From contig JBDOQK010000007.1 of the NCBI GenBank assembly GCA_040437565.1, forward strand, positions 682,001 through 724,188: a DNA stretch of 42,188 bases, in the 5' to 3' direction. The position numbers were made by a program, and so were the translations under genes. This document shows positions 1 through 10,932 of this stretch, one piece after another; the stretch's first letter is position 1; each line of letters begins with the position of its first letter. A model generated the notes under the pieces. That model saw nothing but the letters and a program-made list of their open reading frames with translations, was not told the DNA's origin and did no database searches. Source of the DNA: Albugo candida (Eukaryota).

Positions 1-1248
1 GCTAATTGAACACCCACCTCGATTTTCAAATATTGCGTTTGTTCGTTTTCGTTCTTCACGTGTTGAGAAAACGTACCTGTCGCGATGTATTCTTCTCGAG
101 CAGAAAGTTTTCTGAGTATTCTCAACCATAAGATGTGCACTGACACTTCTTAAGACAAAATACTTTGACCATATTTGTTCTGTAATGGGCGATATCTGAT
201 ACAGAACCTGATATGTTTCACCTTGCATTCAAATTGTGTGTAATTGCACACATCAGTGCCATCACGCACACGCGCTTCCATCAACCGAGTGACATGAGCA
301 AAAATCCACAAAGCAAATACAAGGGAGTTGAGAATCTCAGTCCGTTATAGGTAGCGCTTTCTGGATAGAATATCTCTGCCCAGATCAGTTGTGGAACACA
401 TATCTATCAATTCTTTTCGAGTTAAATTGAAGGAAGGTGGCCTGCGCTGGAAGAGATGAGTCAATGTTGACAAGTTGAACTACCTTACTGCTTATACCCA
501 GTGACCCAACAGCTTTTACGCAACACGGTTGTAGCGAGTGAATTAGCTGTTCGGGGTATCCCGGCCCAAGCCCGTGAGCCTCTTAAGAACCCGGCCCTCA
601 TCAAATATAAAACGTATCATATGGTTCGAGACGGTAGAGCGTGCTCCATTCAATATCCCCTTCATTGCTCGAGGACAACAATCCTGCATGAGCCTGCAAT
701 CTCCATAGAGAGTTCCCGAATTACGTCCGCATTGACCACATTTGCTATTCACAAATGTGGCATACTGGAGATGTATAAGCCACCATCGAGCTGTATCGAA
801 TCGAATACTTGCACTTGTCGCGTCCGAGAATATCTTGGATTCCTGGAGAACGGTAGCTTTATCGAGTCATTGGAATGGAGACGCTAAAGACATCCTTGAC
901 AACACTACATAGGTATCGATACCTTCTTCTGTGATTNNNNNNNNNNNNNNNNNNNNNNNNNNNNNNNNNNNNNNNNNNNNNNNNNNNNNNNNNNNNNNNN
1001 NNNNNNNNNNNNNNNNNNNNNNNNNNNNNNNNNNNNCAAATGTGGCATACTGGAGATGTATAAGCCACCATCGAGCTGTATCGAATCGAATACTTGCACT
1101 TGTCGCGTCCGAGAATATCTTGGATTCCTGGAGAACGGTAGCTTTATCGAGTCATTGGAATGGAGACGCTAAAGACATCCTTGACAACACTACATAGGTA
1201 TCGATACCTTCTTCTGTGATTTCATATTTTCGCAACCTCCTTCTTATT

Positions 1249-1393
1249 TATTTGAAAATACACAAATTGCGTGATGGAGAATCTTATGATTAGAGATATC
1301 TTCATGGTTGTGGCTGTCAACACTCGAATCCACAACCATAGATATCTCTAATCATTAACATTCTCCATCACGCAATTTGTGTATTTTCAAATA
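1249..1393. repeat. Long inverted repeat / hairpin, MITE-like
   Basis: tatttgaaaatacacaaattgcgtgatggagaat (1249-1282) is the exact reverse complement of 1360-1393; pairing continues (atgattagagatatc/gatatctctaatcat, atggttgtgg/ccacaaccat) to a loop of about 16 nt; TA at both ends. Confidence 0.9.
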
Positions 1394-1559
1394 CTCAGAA
1401 GTGCGAGTTTGAGTTCATTTTGGACTGCGTTAGGCACAATTACCAACGGAGCGACTTCACATTCGAGAAAACATTTCTCTTACCAGAGGAAATTTCATTT
1501 TTCTGCAATCGTAAGACTGAAGCTTCAACAATTTAGCATTTCTCCAGATTCGGATCGCA

Positions 1560-2024
1560 GCAATTGTCAAACCTATCGTGTTTATGTTTGGGACAGGTAC
1601 ATAACGCTGACGGCAACACTAAAGCATGATGCCCATAAAGCCCTGTTCATAATACCCAAAAGTAACGCTGCCTGGGTTGCAACTGCAGCTACCAAATTTG
1701 AAACAGTAGAAAGAAAGTCGCAGGTCCATTTTGTTCGACTTAAACGAAGAGATTCTCGTTCTCCCACAAAGTTTCAAAGAAGACAAGGATACCGAAAAGG
1801 TTAAGTATAATTTCTGCCTCACAAAAGGAAGAACCACCGGATGTATCGAGGTTCCTAAAGACTTCATCCTCTTCAAGGACGGCGAGGACGTGGTTATGGG
1901 CTGGCGTGACATGGCAAGATTTGGTGTACAATTCAGAAAGGACGATACTATGTACAGTGTTGCATTTGGAGTTAGTCCAATACAAAGCACAAATGGCTTA
2001 GAAGCTACGTGGGCAGAACAATGA
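1560..2024 (+). pseudogene. Frameshifted coding remnant of unknown function, weakly retropepsin-like
   Basis: Two overlapping frames (…LTATLKHDAHKALFIIPKS… then …FILFKDGEDVVMGWRDMARFGVQF…); the last motif resembles the hhG-D-L C-terminal motif of retropepsins, but there is no DTG/DSG. Confidence 0.25.
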
Positions 2025-2242
2025 TAAATTAAATCACTAAGTTTCTTCTCCGATTGACTTTTCATTGTGCATATGATACTTTGACATCGCAGGAACGCTT
2101 CTTACGTAGAAGGCATACTAATTCTTCGCAGCCTGATTACCGTCGCTTAACTCTCTAGGTGTTCTGCACAGACACTGACATAGTTTATTCCCTGACTCTC
2201 GAGTCTCAACATTGGTAGAATCCCAGTAGGAGGGTGTTAAGG

Positions 2243-2485
2243 GGTCCGCCCCAGATCAGTCGGTTAAGCACTTGAGCGCACCGAGCCCCTGACGGAAGTT
2301 GTTAGTTCGATCCCCGGCAGTGTGGGCAGCGGTTTGAGCCCACCCAAGCAATAAGCTTGGACAATATCTGCCTCCCTATGTTTGAAGTCAAACTTGAGTG
2401 ATATTCACACGGTCAGGGGCTCATGATAGGATAAGGAAGGTAGTTAGAGCATCAGATAAAGAGTGTAATGAAATCTTTGACAAGA
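2243..2485 (+). mobile_element. tRNA-derived SINE, family A, full-length copy
   Basis: A-box-like cagatcagtcgg (2252-2263), B-box gttcgatccc (2305-2314); flanked by a degenerate 16-bp TSD taggagggtgttaagg (2227-2242) / taggagggtattatgg (2486-2501); second copy at 26679-26886. Confidence 0.8.
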
Positions 2486-2699
2486 TAGGAGGGTATTATG
2501 GATACATTAAAGAAGCTGTTCGTCAAATTGCGAGTATACGATAATCCTATCAAAGTTGTCTTTTGCAGTACCGGCTATCTAATGTCGTTACCATACATGG
2601 TGAGTCGTTACTCGTGGCAAAGGTAGAATCAAATTGCTTCCGTTTGTTGCTTTGTTCAAGATCCACGTCTGCCTTAATTCCTAGAGTATAATGATGCTG

Positions 2700-4655
2700 A
2701 CGGATGACGTCTTGCCCGAGCCTGTCTGTCCATACGCAAAAACAGTCGCATTTTATCCATCAAAGAAGCGATCGAGCAGAGGAGGAATCAGTTGCGTGTA
2801 AATGTCCTCCTGGCTGCTCTCGGGTGGATACACACCCTTCGAGTGAGCTTCAGAGCGTGCTACTAGCACGACTAAATACTCAGCGTGAAGAGTACCTACG
2901 ACAAGCGGAAGAGCTGGTCCATTTTGCGCAGCTAAATGATTCAATCATTCGCCTTGGAAGCAAGCCGACGGCGGCCTCTGTTAAGAGCAATAATCTTGGG
3001 TGACTTAGAAACAGTGAAGAGCGCCAAAGGAGAAAACCAGGTGAGGTGCCTGTTTCAAGTGCGGAAAAGAAGGTCATTACAAACGAGACTGCAATCAAGA
3101 AGTCAAGAAGGATTTCGCACTGGCAGTTGCAGACAATGTCGACGGCACATGCCAATGGATTTTGGATGGTGGATCGAGTCGTCATCTTGTGACGACACCA
3201 TCACAGCTTTACAATACAATGGAATGTGAAGAAGAGTGCCTGCTTCCAAAGGGAGAGAGTCTAAAAATGCAACTCAAGGGAAACGCCTATGTGTAGTACT
3301 CGTCGATGGTGATCTTCGTCGCATCAAGCTAAGCGACGTCTACTACTCGGCAGATCTTCCGTGGAATATACTTTCGTATGGAAGAATTGAAGAAAAAGGT
3401 TATGACCTTCGTTATGATGGACTTACACGCTCGATGGTCCGACGCAGCGACGGTTTTAAGATCTTCGATGTTGACAATGACAACAATAACGTATTAGTGG
3501 TACGTGTTGTGACCGAGGATCTAGTTAGTCATGGTGCCAGGAAAGATGAAGACTACACATTTTCAGCTCTCGATCAAGCTATTAATTCAGCAATCCCCGA
3601 TACACAAGCAGGAAGCCTACTGGATTCTACTTGCGATTTGCACATCTGGCCTATGACACCATCGAGAGGATGGCAAACGATCCAGAGAGTGGCATATTTC
3701 TTACGAATAAGGAAAGGCTAGCGTTCATAACATGCGCACAGGGCAAGCAGACGCGCAATAATCAGTCGACCAAAGACACTGGAATAAATGCTCCTATCGA
3801 CCGAGTAGGTGGCGCTATCTGTAGCGATATCGAGGGTCCAATCACTCCAATCGACAGGTGTGGAAACAGGTACCTTATTAATTTCGTGGATCACAAAAGC
3901 AACTACTGCCNNNNNNNNNNNNNNNNNNNNNNNNNNNNNNNNNNNNNNNNNNNNNNNNNNNNNNNNNNNNNNNNNNNNNNNNNNNNNNNNNNNNNNNNNN
4001 NNNNNNNNNNGACGTCTACTACTCGGCAGATCTTCCGTGGAATATACTTTCGTATGGAAGAATTGAAGAAAAAGGTTATGACCTTCGTTATGATGGACTT
4101 ACACGCTCGATGGTCCGACGCAGCGACGGTTTTAAGATCTTCGATGTTGACAATGACAACAATAACGTATTAGTGGTACGTGTTGTGACCGAGGATCTAG
4201 TTAGTCATGGTGCCAGGAAAGATGAAGACTACACATTTTCAGCTCTCGATCAAGCTATTAATTCAGCAATCCCCGATACACAAGCAGGAAGCCTACTGGA
4301 TTCTACTTGCGATTTGCACATCTGGCCTATGACACCATCGAGAGGATGGCAAACGATCCAGAGAGTGGCATATTTCTTACGAATAAGGAAAGGCTAGCGT
4401 TCATAACATGCGCACAGGGCAAGCAGACGCGCAATAATCAGTCGACCAAAGACACTGGAATAAATGCTCCTATCGACCGAGTAGGTGGCGCTATCTGTAG
4501 CGATATCGAGGGTCCAATCACTCCAATCGACAGGTGTGGAAACAGGTACCTTATTAATTTCGTGGATCACAAAAGCAACTACTGCCGTGTATTTCTGGCA
4601 AAAACGAAGGACAAGGCGACCAAGTCATTCGAGAACTTCCTCGTATACTCTGAGA
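2700..4655 (+). mobile_element. Ty1/copia fragment (gag end, protease, GAG-pre-integrase, integrase N-half), degenerate
   Basis: LLARLNTQREEYLRQAEELVHFAQ matches the gag of the other copia copies; KLSDVYYSADLPWNILSYG; RFAHLAYDTIERMA…CAQGKQ; ICSDIEGPI…RYLINFVDHKSNYCRVF; frameshifts; 3335-3910 repeated at 4011-4586 across a gap. Confidence 0.9.
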
Positions 4656-4749
4656 AGAGCATCGCATCTGCTAGAAAGATTGTATTCGTTTACAAGTGAC
4701 TGCATTGAAGTAGGATACATGCCTTCAAAAAATTGTGCAAAGAGAGGTG

Positions 4750-5015
4750 CCGGATAATCGAAATCCATTTAAGTGGTAGTAGTACCAAGTTTTGTTTATA
4801 CTATGATATTCGTTCAAGAAGGAGGCTTTCTCACAAAAACTCCAATTCCCTACACTGGTAATCTAGTTTGTGGAATGCGCATCCTCTATCAAATATACAT
4901 GCTGCTTCACGTCACTCCTACGCAGCAGATAAGATTGGTTCGAAAGATTGGGTGAGGCGAGATGCCGCTGCGTTTTTGGAATAACTCAAATTTATTCAAC
5001 TGTGGCGTTTCTGAT
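4750..5015 (+). repeat. Dispersed repeat, probable 5' end of a pogo/Tc1-like DNA transposon
   Basis: About 250 bp highly similar to the reverse complement of 8920-9165; related motif at 13095-13175. Confidence 0.6.
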
Positions 5016-6199
5016 AGAGTACTAGATCCACTACTCCAAACTCCAACTTGTTTGCAAATTACATTTCCAGATCACGAATACGGTAGTCGGTAGGCGGAGA
5101 TACGGCGATCTGGTTGTGGTCGCCCGTTGTCGTTTGCGCGCGCTCGGCGCCCGTGGGAACGAGAGGCCTTATCGGTACATGTACTGCGACAACAGGTATC
5201 CCAGGTTTATCATGTTCCCGACCAGTATGCCCATTCAGACTTGGTCTCTAAGGTCAAGTTGAAGTGCTGAACAGCCTCCCGTCAAGGATTTTCGTCTACA
5301 TTGCCGTCACGTCTATGCACGGAACGTTCTTTTTCTCGCCAAGCCGTGAAAACGGTTATTCGTTAATAACTTTTGCTACGTAACCGCTAGTCCAGTTATA
5401 CTTTCCAGGATACTGTATTATGGTGGTACACACCTTTGTGCCAAAGGGTTTCGGTCTACCTAGTATAGGGTAGAAGTTATGTCACAAGAAGATCATCATA
5501 AAAACGCAGTTATATATGCCTATTGCACTTTGAATTCATATTATCAACTACCCTTAGTGATCTTGACAATCGCTTTTATTATTCTGCCTGTTCTGGTATA
5601 TTTTGTCGCACTGTATTACGTCATCGAGGTGTTCATCAATCCCTTATATAACTAATCAAATTAATGTTGTATCATACAAAAAAAACGAAAGTAGGTGTTG
5701 ATCCTACATCTTCGTGAGGTCCAAAAATTGCAAGTACTCGTTTATCTATCTTTTATGTCCTTTTCGATACTTTGATTATCGGATGATTTTTTTTACCAGA
5801 TGCCAAGACAAAAAGCAGCTCATAGAGATATGTATCTTCTAATTAAAACCAAAATATCATTGTATCATCAGCTACCAAGTTTTTCTGAATTTGGAGGGAT
5901 ATTGTATTCTTGCTCTTATCCAAAGGACGCACCCTGTTTCAATACACGACCCATTCTACAATCAAACGTAATAGAAAGTACCGAAAAACCATGATCAGTG
6001 TTTTCTGAGCTTTTATCCAAACCTCTTCGCAATTCAAATGGACAATAGGGTGACCTTTATAGACACTTCTATCCGTCAGAAACCGTGAGAATGAGGCTAG
6101 AAAAGAACAAGAATGACGTTTAGACAACAATAGTGAGGAACCATTTTAAACAATATCGCTTGAGAAAAGACGGTAGACTTGGTTCGGAAACCAATGCAC

Positions 6200-6500
6200 T
6201 TGCGGGTAGCCCACCTGGTTGTTGGATGCTTTACGATGTGATGCCCGCTGGTTCAAATTCCGGCGTTAGTAAATAGGCCGCGGTAGGGCCCCTCGGCGGA
6301 GGCAAAGATTACTCCAGCTAAATATCAATCTACTCAATGAAGCTATGGACTGGTCAATACCGCTGGCAACTACACCAGGAAATAACTGTACAGGGGCTCT
6401 TCAGAGCCATCTATACTAGTGATTAGAATACCGCCAAACTATGGTAACAAACGGTGTCTACATATGAGTACTATGGGCGAACACCATTCACTGAGCACTT
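6200..6500 (+). mobile_element. Putative tRNA-derived SINE, family B (3' boundary uncertain)
   Basis: A-box-like tagcccacctgg (6207-6218) and B-box ggttcaaattcc (6250-6261) at tRNA-like spacing, no full cloverleaf, followed by a non-coding body. Confidence 0.45.
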
Positions 6501-7144
6501 ACCAACAAGCCACACTTGAAGATGTATATATTACTAGAATTGTACGTCAAAGGCTTCCATAAATGCCAAGACCACAGTAAATAACATACGCTACGCGACA
6601 TAAAGATAGGGACAGCCCTTTTTATTCGCAAAATTTTGCTCAATTATCCGTTTTGTCGAAATGAGATATTTCCTACGTCGAACAAAGCATTTCTTGTATT
6701 GTTTGTTGAAGTGCACGTGAGAAATTTGGAGTGAAGATATATGGACCTGCGCGCCATATTGCTAGTATACACCACTAGCACTTGACCACAAAGTCAGATA
6801 AGGGGCTGTATTCACCTCTAATCAACATGACTGCATGATCTTAAATGCTTTACAGATTACTCATAGTCGGATTTTGTGTATTCCTTAGCGATGTCATGGG
6901 GCGAAAGCCGCCTCTGACCGAGTACAAGCAAGGGCAAATTGACACACTCTGGTCGAAAAAGCAAGTCGCCGGGCGATTGCTGAAAGAGCCCTGGAAAGAA
7001 ACTGACGCCTGGCCCGCGTGACCTGCGGTGCATGAAATCGGCGCTTATTTGTCCGCTGCTGCTATCGCCAACACCATGGTGACACCAAAGGTGAGCAAGT
7101 GAATCGTTCAGCGCATACTCCAGCGAGCACCTCATCTTTTCTAC

Positions 7145-7654
7145 AAGCTAGGAAAGTACCTGGAATCACTTAATTTTGGAGACACGATCGAGGTGTCGGG
7201 AACAAAAGGAAAATCGACGTACCTTGGAAAGGGAAAATTAAAGATCAAGCGCCGAGTCACTGATGCGAATGCAGAAATTCGTTCAGCAAAGAAAATCGGA
7301 ATGATTGCAGGAGGCACTGGAATCACCCCAATGATGCAGATATTACGTCGGGCATTGACAGATCCAAAGTATGCTCGTTTAGAATCTGGACAATCTTTCC
7401 TTACAACCTCTTCCTGTGAATAGGGATCAAACAGAATTTTTCACTTATTTGCAATCACAATTGATCGTGACGCCAGTCCGACTTGGAAATACTCTGTCGG
7501 ATTTGTGTCCGAAGATATGATTCGCGAGCATTTACCCCCACCAGCTTCCGATGTACAAATTTTCATGTGTGGACCTCCGCCAATGCTAACATACGCTGTG
7601 CAACCGGCTTGGGAGCGTCTCGGTTATGAAAAAAGTATGCTGTTTGCATTTTAA
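7145..7654 (+). pseudogene. NADH-cytochrome b5 reductase pseudogene (3' half)
   Basis: KYLESLNFGDTIEVSGTKG…KKIGMIAGGTGITPMMQILR…DPK, GT-AG intron 7369-7423, then DQTEF, a frameshift/deletion, and TIDR…[20 protein letters not shown]…[11 protein letters not shown]…[11 protein letters not shown] stop; N-terminal RxYT FAD motif absent. Confidence 0.9.
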
Positions 7655-7904
7655 CATTTTCCGGAAAATACAATTGCACAGCGCTATACGATTTGACGTG
7701 TCAGACTGTTTGTTTTGCGATTCAATAGAGACGTATATGTGTTTTGTGGATCGACTTGTATTCTTTCCTTGGTCTTCCTCTGTGCGAGAATCAATTGATT
7801 GNNNNNNNNNNNNNNNNNNNNNNNNNNNNNNNNNNNNNNNNNNNNNNNNNNNNNNNNNNNNNNNNNNNNNNNNNNNNNNNNNNNNNNNNNNNNNNNNNNN
7901 NGCT

Positions 7905-8645
7905 ATACGATTTGACGTGTCAGACTGTTTGTTTTGCGATTCAATAGAGACGTATATGTGTTTTGTGGATCGACTTGTATTCTTTCCTTGGTCTTCCTCT
8001 GTGCGAGAATCAATTGATTGAGAGAAGATTTGATGTGATCACGACTCATGGCCTCCTCACACCCAGTTTCCGAAGCCAAGGAGCGACCGATGCAATTACT
8101 GATCGCGATGTTGTCGCGTTGATCACTGTGTTGACCATCGAATGCGGGATGATTCCACGAGCTGTGATGTATATCAACACCTTGTGGGAGGAATGCGGAT
8201 GTAATATCATCAACCTTCAGATCATGTGCAAACTGTACAATGTCACCACTGAAAGACTCCTCATTCTCAGCGTCAATATTCAGCTTCTCGTTAGCTCTCG
8301 CATATTGAATAATCCTCAGCATATGGGTGAGAACGTTCTGAGAACATTCAATAGCATCACACACAGATTCATCCGTGACACGAGATCCGACATTATCGCC
8401 TTGCACTCGCCTAATATGATCAACCAAGTGCCCAACACCGCTTTAATTCCGGTGAAAAGTATGTCATAGTGTCCATACTCTGCTTTTACTCGTTCCAACA
8501 TTGCAAGACTTGGAGTATATATTTGGTTGTGCTCTCCATTTACGTTGCGTCTAGCTTCATGATTAAGTTTTTTTTCTCTCGAATCCTTTCCTCACTGTCG
8601 GTGTTTGACTGTTGCAAGGTAAGCAGGCGGTGTTCGTTTTCATGC
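7905..8645 (-). pseudogene. Frameshifted remnant of an unidentified host gene
   Basis: Consecutive open frames (MHENEHRLLTLQQ…MLERVKAEYG, then a 174-aa ORF …SLNQLILAQRKTKERIQ) with protein-like, partly coiled-coil composition; no motif recognised. Confidence 0.3.
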
Positions 8646-8759
8646 AGTTGCATAATAAGGATAGAAAGAGAATACGATGATAGAGTGTAGCAAAAGAAAA
8701 AGGTAATTATGTCAACCAATGATTCAAATCATTCAAATTGACTGATTTTTGACATAATC

Positions 8760-9295
8760 ATTGCGCAACTCACAAAATCGTGTTACAGTGTCTCCTCTCT
8801 AATATCGATTTACGTCCGTATCGGACGCTTGCGCTATAAAAAGTAGAATTCTCTACGGAAAGGTCTGCTTTCATGACAGCATAGTTGATATACTTTTTAA
8901 TGCCTGTGGAAAGCAAACTTCAGAATGCCACGAGTTGAATAAAGTTGAGTTATCCCAGAAACGCAGCGGCATCTCGCCTCACCCAATCTTTCGAACCAAT
9001 ATTATCTGCTGCGTAGGAGTGACGTGAAGCAGCATGTTATATTTAATAGAGGGTGCGCATTCCACAAACTAGATTACCAGTGAGGGGAATTGGAGTTTTT
9101 GTGAGAAAACCTCCTTGAACGAATGTCATAGTATGAACAAAAAACTTGTTACTACTACCACTTTGTACGAGTGCAATAAAGTAGATTACTAGTGCACGAA
9201 TTCGAATTTTTGTAAGAAAGGCTCCTTCTGGAATGACTGCCATTAGAAGAACAAAATTTCTTAATTGTACCACTTTGATGGATTTGGACTATTCA
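8760..9295 (-). repeat. Dispersed repeat, probable 5' end of a pogo/Tc1-like DNA transposon with an internal sub-repeat
   Basis: Inverted copy of 4750-5015; two related units (9101-9163 and about 9212-9290); minus strand begins tagtccaaatccatcaaagtggtac, resembling a TA-flanked pogo-type TIR. Confidence 0.55.
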
Positions 9296-10564
9296 AACAC
9301 GTTCTTGCATCTCACCATAATGAAAGACGATACGCTGTTTTGACACATTAACAGTATGACGAAAAAGGTATACGTAGTTTGCTCCAGTAGAGAACTAGAA
9401 CAACCACTTCTATTTGTGAAGTATGAGAGTTCCGATCATCAAGATCAGCTATTGATGCATTGGACGCGTAAGAGGAAAGCTGCTTCCCCAATTCGATCTA
9501 TTCTCCAGCTACTTTTTCCGTTCTTCAGAGATTTCAGCATCTGTTCCATCTTCTAAAATCCTCTTTCATTCGAATTCTCAAGTCTGCTTTAAACAATGTG
9601 GAACAGGAAATCATCTCCCTGACGCAGGAGGAAGATTCTCTTTTGCAGGGCCTCAAAGTCCAAATGTGTGACCTGAAATAACTCCAAATCGTTCTCATCA
9701 TGAAGTACACAGGAACGACATCGAAAGCGAGAATCAGTTCATGCCAAATTTGAAGAGCTGCTTCAAGAGTCGTGGAAGCATGTACGTAACCCTCGTCTGA
9801 TTTCTCAGAGAATGATTTTTCGTGGAATAGGACCAAATCGCAATTTTTCGAGCCGATACCGCATTGACGACGTCATCGCCTGCACAATTGCATTAATCAG
9901 AAGCAGAAGTGTTCGATCTTGATGTCGAAAAAATCAAATCGGAAAAGATACATCAAGTGCTTTGGGATTTAGAAGGAGCCAATGAATCGCTAGGTTCATT
10001 CGTCAACGTTGTACTACGTTTTGTCAATCCACTAAGGACACTTCTGTTCTAGATTTCCAGCTTGTAGACGTAGAAGCGTATTNNNNNNNNNNNNNNNNNN
10101 NNNNNNNNNNNNNNNNNNNNNNNNNNNNNNNNNNNNNNNNNNNNNNNNNNNNNNNNNNNNNNNNNNNNNNNNNNNNNNNNNNACATCAAGTGCTTTGGGA
10201 TTTAGAAGGAGCCAATGAATCGCTAGGTTCATTCGTCAACGTTGTACTACGTTTTGTCAATCCACTAAGGACACTTCTGTTCTAGATTTCCAGCTTGTAG
10301 ACGTAGAAGCGTATTTTTCCGAACTCGATCTTGTTCTGGCGCAATTCGCTTCCGCTGACTTAAATTCAAGTTGAGTGTTGACAACAGCGGATGCTTCAAC
10401 ACATGAGAATTGTAGCATCAATTTAATTCAAGTACGTCATAAAAACAGGGTGGTATCGTCAAACGAAAAAAAACTGTTGTGCAATTTCGGTAATAGAGTC
10501 GTTTGTTTCCATAGTGGAAGAAATGTTGAGAAAAAAAGAAGAGCTGAAAAAGGACAATGCACAC

Positions 10565-10912
10565 TCAAGTCTTCCCTGCTTGTTCTAGATTTTGGCGTGC
10601 CTTACGCACTAGGTCTTGGAGATCCTTGGTGAGCTTTGAGGCGAACTCTGAGATGGGTTGTGGATCCATATCATCATAGTCTTTGTGTTCGTGAGAAATC
10701 AGATTGGATACTTTTCTTCCAGTATCAATCTCAAACGGGGTGAGCTTAGTAGACGCGTTTACTGAAGTGGCGTGCGCGTATTCTACCATACCAAGTAACT
10801 TGGCCCAATTTTCTCCCCTTTATGATAGTAGGCAGCGTAAAGCGTCTTCTAACACCAAGTTTTGGCGTTCTGTTTGTCCATCCGCTTGCGCTCTATGAGC
10901 GGTCGTCGTGCT
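10565..10912 (-). mobile_element. Ty3/gypsy integrase C-terminal fragment
   Basis: TTAHRAQADGQTERQNLVLEDALRC…NWAKLLGMVEYAHATSVNASTKLTPFEIDTG matches the gypsy integrase pattern STAYHPQTDGQTER…W…EFAYN…TPF; internal stop. Confidence 0.9.
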
Positions 10913-10932
10913 TATCTTATAGTAAGAAACTA

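Noticed and set aside
1..936. Coding-like sequence and ORFs 501-887 and 543-752
   Set aside because: Stops in all frames and no motif I can recognise; BLASTX would be needed
752..1221. Exact tandem duplications flanking 100-N gaps (also 3335/4011, about 7682/7902, 9949/10183, 10933/11189, 11653/11941, 15195/15640, 23287/24217, 35615/35849, 37653/38591)
   Set aside because: Identical copies ending exactly at fixed-size gaps are unmerged contig overlaps, not biological repeats
2245..2325. Possible tRNA gene
   Set aside because: No acceptor or anticodon stems; it continues into a repeated body with a TSD, so it is called a SINE
9356..10380. Coiled-coil-like peptide (…LKSALNNVEQEIISLTQEEDSLLQGLK…)
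   Set aside because: Short, interrupted by stops, family not recognisable
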